From Mobula hypostoma (lineage: Eukaryota), in contig NC_086097.1 of assembly GCF_963921235.1 (NCBI RefSeq), positions 53,322,001 through 53,386,000 of the forward strand: a DNA stretch of 64,000 bases, written 5' to 3'. Every line of letters starts with the position of its first letter. Position 1 is the stretch's first letter. Made by a program: the position numbers and the translations under genes. Below, in pieces: positions 51,631 to 64,000 of the stretch. Under the pieces are notes generated by a model. The model was not told where the DNA came from, made no database searches, and saw nothing but the letters and a program-made list of their open reading frames with translations.

Positions 51631-53237
51631 TTCTGATACTGGTTGCTGATGTATCAGTTAAATGAGATCAATGCTGACCAGCTTTAAGCTGCTTGAGCAA
51701 TCGATCACATTGAAGAGAGCAATTAGAAAGGGAAAAAAAAGTGCATTTTCTTTTAAAACACTTAATGAAGCACTGAAATTAAAACTGAAACATTGAGCAG
51801 ATAATGAAACATCATAAAAATATCTTTTATTAAATGTGAGGGAATTACAATCCACATTAAAAAGGATAGTACTAATTTTATGCAGATTTGTTCAGCATGT
51901 CTTAGTGCTTCTCTGGTAAGGCAGCCTCTTTAGTATGGAGCATAATCTGCTTTCATTCCAATTTTGTAGGTTCTGAATTTACTGATGTGGCCAATGTAGG
52001 AACAGCAGATTCCTCTACACATGGGACAGATTGTGTCTAACAGGGCACATCAGTGGGGTAGGTTGTTAGGTGAGCACAGAGGATGCTGTTTATGATGGGC
52101 TTCTGTATGCTCCCGATGAACGGGGTCAGTTTACCAGACTATTCTGAAAGCTCCTTCTTCACTTTGAGAGATTATGGAGCCAGAGATTCACATGAGTAAG
52201 AGGAGGCTTTGAGCACATTCATGAATCTTGGAATAGAGTCTATTTCAGGAATCTATCATTGGGCAATCGAATGACATGGCCCACTAAGCTAATTGATTAT
52301 AATTGTGGATGTGAGCCCGAGGAAGGACAGTGATGTCAGTCCACTCATCTTCAGTGAAATGAGAGGATCTCCTGGAGAGAGAGTTGACAGTATCCTTCAA
52401 GTGTCTTGAGGTCTCATTTGGACCTCATGGAATGTACAAATACCCATGCAGGATTTCCCCAATTTATCTTTTTACAACACCCCATCCCTTCAAAGTATAT
52501 TCCAACATTCAATTTGGCTTTGCATGTATTTGCCATATCCACATTCTAAATTCCTTCAGTGTGCAAGGACACACAGGTTGCTCTGTGCAACAGCATTCTG
52601 AAGCCTCTCTTCAACTTCAGCAAAAATTTTCAAGTGAATAATCTTACTCTTTCACATAATACCCCCATGTACCTTGTCAATATCTTTCATTCATGCTAAT
52701 TCTATATATTTCCTTTGATTCTTTTGCATAGGGCCATGAAACAACAAAATGTTTAAGTGGCTAAATCACTGGCAACCACCATGACTTTCACTATACAATT
52801 CGGCATTGTAAATATCAATGATTTTGTCTTGTTTACTCTAAACTAATCCCTACTTGGCATTAAAGACAAACTTTACTTAAATAATATGGTCTAGAAATAA
52901 GTTTATTCTTAGTATTTTTTGCCTGTATACAGCATTTTTACTTAAATGAGCAATCAAATTTGAAAGCGGTTTGCTGCATGATTACACTTGAAATGCAGAA
53001 CCAATTGTGCCTCTAAGATATCCATCTAATTTCATCTGCAACTGTTCATAATCTCTTCTGCTGAACTGATACTTCAAAGACCTCAAAACCATGACTGAGA
53101 CAGATCCTACTGCAAATTCCAGCACTGAATGGTCTACCTCCAAACATAATGCCCATAACTGACTTCCTTATTCCTGGAAGTAACTCGCAGTACAATAATT
53201 TTAATACTTATTTTGGCTTAATGAAAGGGTTAACACC

Positions 53238-53640
53238 TGAGAAGCATTTGATGTCTCTGGGCCTAGAGTGTAATAGAATGGGTTGGGGGGAGGATTTCAT
53301 TGAAACCTATTGAATACTGAAAGGCCTAATAGAGTAGACGTGCAGAGGATGTTCCCTTTAATGGGGAATTCTAGGACCAAAGCATTAGAAGAGAGATAGG
53401 AGGAATTTCCTGAGCCAAAGGGTAGCGAATCTGTGGAATTCATTGCTACAGGTGAGTAGTGGAAGCCAAGTTATTATGTATATTTAAAAGGAGGCTGATA
53501 GGTTCTTGACTAGTGAGGGCACCAGAAGTTATGGGGAGGGGACAGGAGAATAGGATTGAGGGGGATAATAAATCAGTCATGATGGTGGAGCAGACCCCTG
53601 GACTTGAATGGCTTAATTCTGTTCCTATGTATTACGGTCT
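53238..53640 (+). mobile_element. CR1 3' fragment
   Basis: Homologous to 36880-37272. Confidence 0.8.
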
Positions 53641-53732
53641 AATATTAACTTAAACCACTGTATTACTTGTAGATAATACCCATTTAAATTCATGCACTTA
53701 CATACTTGAAAGAAAACCACAAACCGACGTAC

Positions 53733-53839
53733 CTCATCCCTGTAAAGGGGGCTAGTATAATACATAATGTCCATGGCACTGCTGTTTAACATGTCTCGAA
53801 GCCCACGTACTTTATCTGGGGTAATAGATTCAACTGTAT
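53733..53839 (-). CDS. DDHD1: DDHD1 coding exon (about exon 6)
   Basis: 107 bp, cag/gtacgt; DTVESITPDKVRGLRDMLNSSAMDIMYYTSPLYRDE. Confidence 0.97.
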
Positions 53840-55337
53840 CTGGAAATACAAAAGTTAACATATAGACATTTGAACAATTAAACGAAATGTTTCAAAGGAA
53901 ATTTGAATCTACAGTCCTGTTGCAATATCATATCCATAATCAGGAATTCTTACTGTGTATAACACCATAGTAATAACAGTCTTCTGTTTCCTGTTCAAAA
54001 GCCTGCTTTTCATGTGTGCTACAAGTAAATGAGGGGTGACAGGGTAGGAGAATGAAACAATCAAGTCTTGTGATGACAGGCTTATTTGGTTTTTTTGTAA
54101 TTGTATTCTTTTTGTACAATTTATGCTTAACCTGCTTTTTTTCTTATGAATGTTGTATTTACGATGCTACGTGTCTGTGATGCTGCTGCATTTTGAATCA
54201 GCGCATGCATGTATGTGTACATATGACAATACAATTTACTTTGACTTTGTCATTTAACATGCAGGAGCTGAACTTGTGACTTTAATTTCCTTTCCTGTGG
54301 GAAAAACATTTTAAAATAAGTTACAGACCATTTGATAATATGTGGAGCTACCCGAGTATTGGACCAATATTTACCCTTTGTATCAAGCTATCAATTTCCT
54401 TGCAACCAGTTTTAAGTAGATAGGAACAGTTTGTAGTAGCCAATTTTATGCAAAACATTTTTGCCTAAGATGTTCCTTTAACATCTATACTTTAGCACCC
54501 ATAGCAATAATCACCTTCTGTTTCTTGTCCAATGTGCATATTTTGTAATAATAAAGAATGTTCATATCAGCTATGTTCCCACTCACATAATTCAGCCATT
54601 ATTCTTCTAAGCTCTGATAATTATCACTGGGTAAAATAAATTATATAATTATTACTTCTAATAACAAACTGCATCTGAAACAAGATCCACAAGCTCTGAA
54701 CTGTATTGTCACTTTAGGCTTCAACTCAGAGGTCGTTACTACAATCTCATTAAGTAAGACTTTAATTGTGCACACAGACCAGATTGGAATTATTATTACA
54801 GCAACACAGGACTCAGACCTTATATTTGGGGCAAGATATTAAATAGCCAGTTGTAAAATATTACATGATAATACTATTTTAAAGGGAGCAGGGAAGTTTT
54901 CATTTAAAATTTTTATGGGATTCCAGCCAAAATTTATTCTTCAATCATCATTACCTTTCAGCTTGTGGAAGCTTGCTGGTGAAATTGACCCTTTCAACCA
55001 AGTTTACTGCCAATGTCAGATGAGATTTAACTTTCAAAGTTTCACAAAATGGAGAGACATAGACTTGAATGTGAATGAAGCAGAAAATTAAACCGCAGGA
55101 GTATCAAATGGGTTACAATGAAATAATCCGGTGAGCGTGACAGACTAGAGGGAGTGGCTTAGGTGGATGAACAATCTTGAATTCCCTACATTATTTTAAA
55201 TTTATTTCTAATATGTGTCAGAAATAGAAATGTTTTTCAATACTATCCACATAAGTACCTAATATACAAATTTTTAGTTCAACCAAGATCCGCAAGAAGC
55301 CATCAACCAAATAGTACTCTTGTTTACTTTTAATTAC

Positions 55338-55450
55338 CCCCATCCAGGCTGAGCTTCGATCTCCACTCCACAGGTAGAAACTCAACATATTCCAAATTGC
55401 TGGCATAAGGAAAGTGTTTCTCTTCAACTTTCCTTGCAGCTTCACGCATC
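55338..55450 (-). CDS. DDHD1: DDHD1 coding exon (about exon 5)
   Basis: 113 bp, tag/gtaatt; MMREAARKVEEKHFPYASNLEYVEFLPVEWRSKLSLDG; phases fit both neighbours. Confidence 0.96.
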
Positions 55451-55871
55451 CTACCAAATATAACAGAAAATCTGTGTTATTATGAATTTTAAAAAGTGAA
55501 AGCATATAGGAGACAAGTCATACCATCAAAATATTTAATTTCTTTCTTTTGTCTTTGACATGTTTGGCAAAAAAAATAACTGAATTATATTTGACATAAC
55601 ATTGTCATCACTAACTTCACATCAATATAAATCTTTATCATGCACTGTATAAGGGTTGTGCGTACATTATTTGAATTAATCATGTTTCATTTGCATACCA
55701 AGTTCAGAAACCTGATGGAACTTTATTGAAGTTGAATTTAAAGAAAATTAACTTTTGCCCATTTATTTTTCTATTTAATACATGTAATCTGATTGCCATT
55801 AATCATGATTTTCTGCAGAATATAAAGATTCTTAATAAGACAAAAAAAAAAGCAAAATAATACTTCTGAAG

Positions 55872-56128
55872 ACCTGGCTGGTGGCATAGTGGCATCAGTG
55901 CCGGACTTCGGGATGAAAGGTTCCAGGTTCGAATCCAGCCGGCTCCCCTGCACACTTTCCATCTGTGCTGGGTTACAAGCTGATGATCTCTTTGGAAACT
56001 CACCCGGCAAAAGGTAATGGCAAACCACTGCTGTAACTTGCCTCGTACATGGTTCCCCACTACGTTAGAGAGGCGTGGAGGGAAACCGCCCACTAACTGG
56101 AGAAACTCCGGATACGACGTAAAAAGAA
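55872..56128 (+). mobile_element. tRNA-derived SINE, second copy
   Basis: Full-length homolog of 4895-5157; B box GGTTCGAATCC; TSD ACTTC(T/C)GAAG at 55862-55871 and 56129-56138. Confidence 0.88.
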
Positions 56129-56156
56129 ACTTCCGAAGGTAGTGGCCTAGAAGCCT

Positions 56157-57090
56157 AATGGCTGTTTCATTTCTTGTCCTTACCTACCACCTCATCAGCT
56201 TCCGCATCCAACACATTATCCTCCACAACTTCCACCATCTCCAAAGGGATCCTACTACTCAACAAACCTTTACCACCACCGCCCCCCCACCACTTTCTGC
56301 AGGGATCACTCCCTCTTCGATTCCCTTGTCCATCCATTCATTCCTCCCCATTAATCTCCCTCCCAGTACTTATCCCTGCAAGTGGCCAAGTGCCTGCCCA
56401 TACACCTGCTCCCTCATCTCCATTCAGGGCCCCAGGCAATCCTTTCAGGTGAGGCAACACTTCACTTGCAGATCTGCTGGAGTTGTCGATGGTGTCCAGT
56501 GCTCCTGATGAGCCACCTCTATATTGTTGAGACCCTGTGTAAATCGGGGGACCGCTTCATTGAGCACCTCCGCACCATCAGCCATAAGCGAGACTTCCTG
56601 GTGGCCAAACATTTTAATTCTGATTCTTTTTATGACATGTCGGTCCTTGGCCTCCTCCTGTGCCAAGATGAGGCTACCCTCAGGATGGAGGAGTAACACC
56701 TTATAATCTGTCTGGGTAGCCTCTAACCTGATGGCATGATATCTCCTTCTGGTTAACAAATTCCCTCCCCTCCACCTTCCTCTATTCTCTATTCTGACCT
56801 TTTATCTCTTTACACCTGCTTATTACTTCCCCTGGGTCCCCTCCTCCTTCCCTTTCTCCTTTCATCCACTCTCCTCTCCTATCAGGTTCTTACTTATCCA
56901 GCCCTTGACCTTTCCCACCAACCTGGCTTCACCTATCACCTTCCCCTCCCCCCATCTTTTTATTCTTGTATCTTCCCCTTTCTTTCTCAGTCCTAAGGAA
57001 GGGTCTCGGCCCGAAAAATCAACTATCTGTTCACTTCCAAAGATGCTGCTTGACCTGCTGAGTTCCTTCAGCACTTTGTGTGTATTGCTT
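56157..57090 (+). mobile_element. Penelope-like element 3' part
   Basis: LVLTYH..QHIILHNFHHLQRDPTT..IQGPRQSFQVRQHFTC..; decayed hammerhead near 56989-57024. Confidence 0.88.
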
Positions 57091-57297
57091 CATGTAGCTA
57101 ATAAGTTAGTTTCAGTGCTCAGAAAAAAAATCAAGGAGATGAAATAATATCCAATGTCAAAGACTATTTCTTGGAAGCACCACAATCCTTGCTGCTTGAT
57201 GGCATTGATTGTCCACTTTCATGCAACCACCATTTTCCACCAAAATACTTCAAGTAACCAATTAATCTGGATTGTTGATCAAAGACAAGTAGGAATA

Positions 57298-57434
57298 CCG
57301 AGACCCTGATGAAGGGTCTTGGCCCGAAACGTCGACTGTACCTCTTCCTATAGATGCTGCCTGGCCTGCTGCGTTCACCAGCAATTTTTACGTGTGTTGC
57401 TTAAAATTCCAGCATCTGCAGATTTCCTCGTGCT
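57298..57434 (+). mobile_element. Short Penelope-like 3' terminal insert
   Basis: TSD TAGGAATA at 57290-57297 and 57435-57442; near-identical in extent to 1825-1963. Confidence 0.85.
57302..57337 (+). ncRNA. Hammerhead core with the 5' arm of helix I replaced
   Basis: CTGATGA-A-GGGT-cttg-GCCC-GAAA-CG-TC-GACT, preceded by GACC instead of AGTC. Confidence 0.55.
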
Positions 57435-58419
57435 TAGGAATATATTCAGCTATTAATTTCCTTTATATCTGTACCCTTCAAAAAAGATTTTACATTGCTA
57501 TGAAAATCATTCTGCAAAGCCAAATTAAGGATTATCTTAAGCCTATCATTAAAGCTGGAGGTGAATTTTCAGTAAATAGATTCTTGCTTAAAATTAGTAT
57601 GAAATGTGAGGAAAAAATGCTTTAAGTATCCAGGAAATGGAGAAATAAAAATAGAAAATGTTAGATATTCCCAGCTGGCATGACAACATATGTGTGAGAA
57701 AAATATTTCAGGTTGATGATCCTTCATTAAGAAATAGGCATTTTAGTGTCACAACCCTACTATTCACTGACCTGGAATTAAAACAATGGTAAGAAAGTAT
57801 AGCCCTGACCAAAACGTTGACTGTACTTTTCCCCCCACAGATGCTGAGTTCCTCCAGCATTTTGTGTGTTACTCGGATTTCCAACATCTGTAGGTTTTCT
57901 CGTGTTTAAGAAAGTATAGACTCAGTTCATCAATCAAGATGGGTATTGGTTTATTATTGACATGTGTACCAAGATACAGTGAAAAGCTTGTCTTGTGTAC
58001 TACTCCCACAGATCAAACCATTATAGCTAGAATAACATAAACAATAACATTGCAGAAAAAAGTGCAAAAGATTCTGAAAGAGGGCAGTGGAGGTAAATGA
58101 TCATAACAAAGTAGACTGAGAGACCAAGAGTCTGCTTCACTTCACAAGGTCTGTTCAAGAGTCTGACAGAAGCGTTAAGAGTTAAGACAGAAGCTGTCCT
58201 TGATCCTGGTTGTATGTGCTCTTACGGTTTTGTATCCTCTGTCCAATGGGAGAGGGAAGAAGAAAGAATGTTGGGGGGGGGAGGAGAGAGAAGAGGAGCG
58301 GTGTCTTTAATTATGCTGGCTGCTTTACTGAGGCAGCAGGAAGTATATAATGAAGTAGATAGGGCCCAGGGCATCACAGGTAAAATCCTTCCTGCCATCG
58401 AGCACATGTAGTTGTTTAA

Positions 58420-58700
58420 GGATACAGCACAAAGTATGCCCTTTTGGCCTTTCAAGCCACACTGCCCCTGCAAACCCCCAACACACCAATTAACCCCGAC
58501 CTAATGTCAGGAGAATTTACAGTGATCAATTACCCTACTCAGTACATCTTTGGATTATGGGAGGAAACTGGAGTACTCGAGGAAACCCATGTAACTAGGG
58601 GTAGGATGTATAGAAACTCCTTACAGGATGGCCACGGGACTGAACTCCAAACTCTGGAATGGCCCAAGCTGTAACAGCACTGCGTTAATCACTACATCCC
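58420..58700 (-). mobile_element. HE1-like V-SINE
   Basis: Homologous to 5986-6222. Confidence 0.75.
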
Positions 58701-58704
58701 CTTT

Positions 58705-59052
58705 CTCACACACCACCAGGTTCAGGAACAGTAAAAACCCCTCAACCATCGGGCTCTTGATAACATCCTTCAGCTTCACTTGCCCCATCACTGAACTGTT
58801 CCCACAAACTACGGACTCAGTTTCAAGGACTCTTCATCTCATGTTCTCAGTGTTTACTGGTTATTTTTTCTCTTTTGTAGTTGCAGAGTTTGCTCTCCTT
58901 TGCACTTTGGTTGTTTGTCGTCCTGCTGGGTGTGGTCTTTCACTGATTCTATTGTGTTTCTGGATTTACAGTGCATGCCCAAAAGAAAATGAATCTCAGG
59001 GTTGGATATGGTGACATATATTACTTTGATAATAAATTTACTTTGAACTTGA
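58705..59052 (+). mobile_element. Rex1/Babar 3' end
   Basis: HTTRFRNS..PSTIGLL followed by the UTR ending aataaatttactttgaacttga. Confidence 0.75.
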
Positions 59053-59153
59053 GAAGAGTCTATTTATCAGAATACTGATGAAAGAACAAGCTGGACCAGG
59101 ACAGCTTACTACATCATGGCAGTCATGCCAGTTAGGGACTTGGGCTATATTGT

Positions 59154-59925
59154 CCATTATCTATATTGTCCATCTCCACTGATCTCCCACCTGGCACTTA
59201 TCCCTGTAAGTGTAAGTGCTACACCTGTCCCTACACCTCATCTATTGCACCATTCAGGGCCCCAAACAGTCCTTCCAGGTGAAACAACACTTCACTTGGA
59301 GTCTGTTGGGGTCATCTATTGCATCCGGTGTGGCCTCCTCTACATCGGTGAAACCCGACGCAGATTGGGGGACCGCTTCGAGCACCTCCACTCTGTCCGC
59401 CACAACAGACAGAATCTCCCGGTAGCCACCCACTTCAACTCTGCTTCCCATTCCCATTCAGATATGTCCATACATGGCCTCCTCTACTGCCATGATGAGG
59501 CTAAACTCAGGTTGGAGGAGCAACACCTCATATACCGTCTAGGTAGTCTCCAGCCCTTTGGTATGAACATAGAATTCTTCAACTTCCGGTAATTCCCTCC
59601 CCCTCCCTTCCCTATCCCTATTTCACTCTGCCCCCTCCCCCAGCTCCCTCATGGTTCCGCCTCCTTCTTCTACTACCCATTGTTTTCAGGGCTATGACGT
59701 CAATGCTTCCCCTCCCCCAACCCTTTGTCTTTCAAATTACTGATCTTTCAACTGACGTTACAAGCATTCTTCAAATCCTTCCCCATCTTTCATTCTTCAG
59801 TCCTGATGAAGGGTTCCGGCCCGAAACGTCGACTCATCATTTCTGACTGATGCTGCCCGACCTGCTGAGTTCATCCAGCGTACTGAAAGTGTTGCTTTGA
59901 TCTTTTACAGCATCTGCAGATTATT
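59154..59925 (+). mobile_element. Penelope-like element 3' part with GIY-YIG endonuclease remnant
   Basis: GVIYCIRCGLLYIGETRRRLGDRFEHL...VATHFNS...LEEQHLIYRLGSLQPFGMNIEF; 14-bp TSD TTGGGCTATATTGT at 59140-59153 and 59926-59939. Confidence 0.92.
59799..59834 (+). ncRNA. Minimal type-I hammerhead ribozyme motif
   Basis: AGTC-CTGATGA-A-GGGT-tccg-GCCC-GAAA-CG-TC-GACT. Confidence 0.78.
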
Positions 59926-61698
59926 TTGGGCTATATTGTTTTTTTTCCCCCTTTGTGACTGGACATTTTTCTGAGATTATGCTATGAATTTATGCTATGT
60001 GCTTTATGTGCAGTGCGCTCTGTGCTGTTGGTAATGTGTTTTGCATATTGGCCTCAGAGGAACACTTTGTTGTTTGGCTACATACCTGTATGGTTGATTG
60101 ATAATTAACCTTGAACTTGAAGCACAGCTAAAACAGCAGGAACAGAACAAACCCTAAATTAACAACCCTTCAACCCCATCGAGCACTCCTACCCCTCCTG
60201 TGGCATCCTGCAGGTTGGCCTCATCAACCATGTCGCAGATGTGAAGTGGAAGCTAGTCATCCTCAAAGCAGAAGGACCAGCAGGGTGAAAGGTGGTGGTC
60301 ACAAGTGGATCTGGATTATTTACGAAAAGGGGTATGCCATCTTCATGACTACGCTACTGCAGCAATTGAACAGAATTGCTAAGAAATTATTTTCACGAGG
60401 GGAAAAAGAGTGATCTTTGAAGTTACATAATGTAAGAAAAGCAAATTTATTTGCTTTTGCTTTAAGTTGTCATGCAGGATTTAAATGTCCGCTAATTGTT
60501 GCAGTTAAAAAAAGCGCTGTACATTAGACCAAGATTAAAAACATTGTACACTTGAACAAGAAAATGAAAAGCTAATGACAAACAAAAGCTTAAAAATCCA
60601 TTCTTGTATATAAAAAAAAAGGAAGTGAAATTTAACATATACAATGCCAGAGAAGAGTTAGCAGAAAAATTAGGGTTAACAATTTCCCTATTTAATGCAG
60701 GGCTACATTACCAGGTGCTTCACAGACATAGAAATAAAAATGAGATTAAATTCACACGAAGGAATGCAATTAGATTGGCAATTCAAAATTTTATTCTTTA
60801 ATCTAGCTTTAACGCACGAGGAGGAGAAGAGGTGGAGTAACTTAGAAAGGGATTTCAGAAAATGGGGCCTATGTTGCCGAGAGCATATCCTTCAAAGGCA
60901 ACGTCCGATTTGGACTGGTTACAAAGCCAAAGAATCAGGAATGCAGTGTTCTCACTTAATTGCAAATCTGAAGGCAGTAGAGAAATAGAGAGTGAAATAG
61001 AGATTAGGAAGGCACTGAGTCATGACTCTAACAGTGCTGATTTGGAAGCTTCTGAGGCCAGTGAGCGAAAAATGTGATGATTTGTTGATGGCAAGGATAG
61101 ATGCCATCAGATTTTTTGTTTTTAGAACATTAATATTGGGCAGAATGGGCATAAAAAGCCATTAGAAAAATACTAAAACTATAGAATATACAGGCAACAC
61201 AAAGATGAATTAGAGTTTTGGCAGTAGAGAAGATGACTGCTAGCATTAGTAGCAACATAGTTTAACAAAAAGCTTACAAAAAAGCCTATAAAATGCACAA
61301 AAATTAAGAACTAAAAATATCAAATAGATAAAAGAAAAGGAGATGGATCAACCATAAAAAAAAATCAAATGATGAAATAAAAAAAAGAGAAATTTTTGTA
61401 GCAGATTTCTGAACACTAGGGAGTCTCTATTTTGATACATGCCACCATAACAGAAAGTGGTTCCTTATGGTATGCTATTGAATTAAACAGATTAAACTTG
61501 TAAACACTGATTCCTTCAGAAACAATAAACAACCAGTGAGCAAACTCATATGCACAATACTGAAATAAATTTACAATAAACTTCCAAGGTGGCCATTTGT
61601 CAGTTTTGCATGTTATAAATTATAATGTGATTATAATTTCCTCTGAAATAGTTTATTTCTTCATAAACTGTGGGTGAAATGATGAAGAAGGTACTTAC

Positions 61699-61846
61699 AT
61701 GCCCGTGTTTTTAATAATACGACCTTGGTCCATTTTTTGCCCTATTCCATGTACAACAAAGACTATGTGGGTGGGGATTGGAGGTTTGTCTTCCAGTGAT
61801 GATTCTTCTACATATCCTCTATGAAGTCTTGTCCCACTACTTGACG
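61699..61846 (-). CDS. DDHD1: DDHD1 coding exon (about exon 4)
   Basis: 148 bp, cag/gtaagt; ASSSGTRLHRGYVEESSLEDKPPIPTHIVFVVHGIGQKMDQGRIIKNTG, includes the HGIG motif. Confidence 0.97.
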
Positions 61847-63297
61847 CTGCATTAACAAAAGCAACAGTATGAATGGAATTGTAGGTATACCTATAACTTT
61901 GGTATTAAAAAGCGAGCGAATAAAAATTTCAGGCAGGCTCATTCTACAAGCTGAAAAACTATTTAATACTTTGCCACTATAAGTTTACTTTTCAAATTAG
62001 ATGCAAGAATATGCAATACTCAAAGAATTTGTAGCAATCACTTAAAAGAAATGTATTAATTCAATTTCCTCCCCCTCCCCACAGTCTTTTAATTCTGGAA
62101 TGTCTCTAACATTTCCCTACCATCATGTATAGAACTTAAATTAAAATGGGTTTAATAGCAAGCTTGGCAGCTTTAGATGGCTTTATGATAGCCAGCAATA
62201 TATATTGACTGTATTTAAACGGTTATGGCAAAAGGAAGTTACTTCATTCCCACTTTATTATCTTCAATTTCTCTTAAACTAAGTGGCTTTAGATATCATG
62301 CCAATAAATCTAAAATTGCTAAACACAAGGGATTCTACAGATGCTGGAAATCCAGAAAAGTACATACAAAATCCTGGACAATTTCAACACATCAAGTAGC
62401 ATCTATGGAAAGGAATAAACAGCTGACATTTTGGTCTGGGATCCTCCATCAGGATACCTTTTGTGCACACAATCCTCACGATTTTTAATCTATAATCATT
62501 AGAGACCACAAGGGATTAAGCTTCCAAGTTGTATCGCTCCAATTTACCAGTCTGGCCATTAATTCCATTTGACAGAACCAATAGTGAACTGCTCCACCGC
62601 TTCTTTGAATTGTTGAGACCTAACAACATGTTTTTTAGTCAAAGCAGAACAGTCTCGAGTCAGCTTCTGTTATGCGGAGAAACTATTCTGGAGAGTTTTC
62701 TGATGCCAAATTCTTCACCATGACTCAGCCATCTGTGATAGCTACAAGTCAGCCGCCTATTATAGCTATAACCCAGCTGCTGAGTGTGGCAAACTGCTTT
62801 TCATAAATTTTCACAGTATCAGTGGAAAAGGCAGAAATAATATTTTAAAAGTACAACAGATTGTTAACCTTACAGATTGATTTTATAACCATTACAGAAT
62901 TCCATTCCCCCTACACCTCCCCCCCCCCCCATTTCAGCAGTTTTAATAATTTGGGAAATGAAATTAACATTATATAATGCAAGAATTCTAAACTTAACAC
63001 CAAACAATGGCTTACAATTTTTTTTTGTGAAAGATTACATTAGTAACAATGTTGACTGTATTACACAAGTCATCTTGATCAAATTTGCAGATGTGGAAGA
63101 TAAAAAGAACGTGAGTGCACAATTTTGGAAGCAATTTGTGAGTCAGAATCACGATGGGTTTTTGACCATAAAGGTACACAGTAGATCAAATTTTTCAATA
63201 AAAATTTGACTGGTATCTTACTGATGCTAGGAATCTGTTTATTCTGAAACTAGTTTAAAAAAAAGTACTACCACCCCACAGGTCAAGGCTTACACTT

Positions 63298-63445
63298 CAA
63301 GACATAGGAGCAGAATTAGGCCATCTAGCCCATCAGGTCTGCTCTGCCATTCAATATGTTTGAGTTATTTTTCCCCCTTAACCCTGCCTCTCCTGCAACC
63401 TTTGACACCCTTATTACAAAACCGATTAACCTACGCTTAACCCAT
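63298..63445 (-). mobile_element. CR1 3' tail fragment
   Basis: aagacataggagcagaattaggccat..cccatc = reverse complement of the CR1 tail. Confidence 0.75.
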
Positions 63446-63841
63446 AAGGAAATAAGAGCAAACAGACTTTAGTGCAATTGACCAGCCTCATCTGCTGGTC
63501 AGGGAAGAAGGGGGATGCCTTACAGTGGTGAACCAGTCACTCATTCTGTGAAAACACAGAAAATTGAAAGGACCAGGAACAAGGAAAATAAAAGGCAACT
63601 TTGGACCTACCACAGCTGAACTCATCATTTGCTTGTCTGTTCACAGGGAGGTTGTGCAAATAACTGGGCAGGAGTAAAATAGATGTGTGCTTACTGAAAG
63701 TAAAGAATTATCCTAAAATTTCACTTTGAATCATTTGCTTCATTTAAGGATTGTAAAACTTATACTTTTACATGCACTCTTACATTGAGCTGCTCACAAT
63801 TAAGATACTGACATTCAGCAATTATTTTAATCATGCTGTAC

Positions 63842-63970
63842 CTTTGGAAAATCCCAATTTCTGGGTAACTGTCCTTGCAATTTTCGATGTGGTTGCATCA
63901 CTGTACAAATAAACTTCATCCACGCTATACCAGTCCACATGGTTGCGACTCAGCTTTAAGCTGTGTATGG
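63842..63970 (-). CDS. DDHD1: DDHD1 coding exon (most 5' exon in window, about human exon 3)
   Basis: 129 bp, cag/gtacag boundaries; translates (A)IHSLKLSRNHVDWYSVDEVYLYSDATTSKIARTVTQKLGFSK, recognisable DDHD1 sequence. Confidence 0.96.
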
Positions 63971-64000
63971 CTGCAACCGATAGACATTTCAAACATTAAT

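Noticed and set aside
55872..55945. tRNA gene
   Set aside because: No proper acceptor stem or T-run terminator; it is the head of a TSD-flanked SINE
59116..59592. 158-aa ORF with GIY-YIG motifs
   Set aside because: 5'-truncated Penelope-like remnant; the ORF start is in flanking DNA across a frameshift
62529..62723. 64-aa plus-strand ORF in a DDHD1 intron
   Set aside because: Non-ATG start, no homology recognised, no splice support

Overview
Vertebrate genomic DNA, almost certainly from a cartilaginous fish (probably a ray, inferred from the repeat families: CR1/HER1-like LINEs, HE1-like V-SINEs, Penelope-like elements). Two protein-coding genes lie on the minus strand in the same order as the human DDHD1-FERMT2 block. 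Ten 3' coding exons of DDHD1 (phospholipase A1, 63970 down to the stop at 26003) are followed by a CpG-island promoter and the first coding exon of FERMT2 (kindlin-2, 14285-14129), whose next intron runs off the window start. All exons were read with GT-AG boundaries and consistent phases. The rest is densely packed with decayed and often nested mobile elements (CR1, L2, Rex1/Babar, RTE, R4-like, Gypsy, Tc1, a hAT MITE, tRNA-SINEs, Penelope-like). The most notable non-gene signal is a dispersed family of minimal type-I hammerhead ribozyme motifs carried by Penelope-like 3' ends: 7 with an intact core and several decayed. They have a palindromic ACGU helix III that implies dimer-dependent cleavage. 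Some sit in TSD-flanked ~140-bp stand-alone inserts, and two lie in sense orientation in the same FERMT2 intron.
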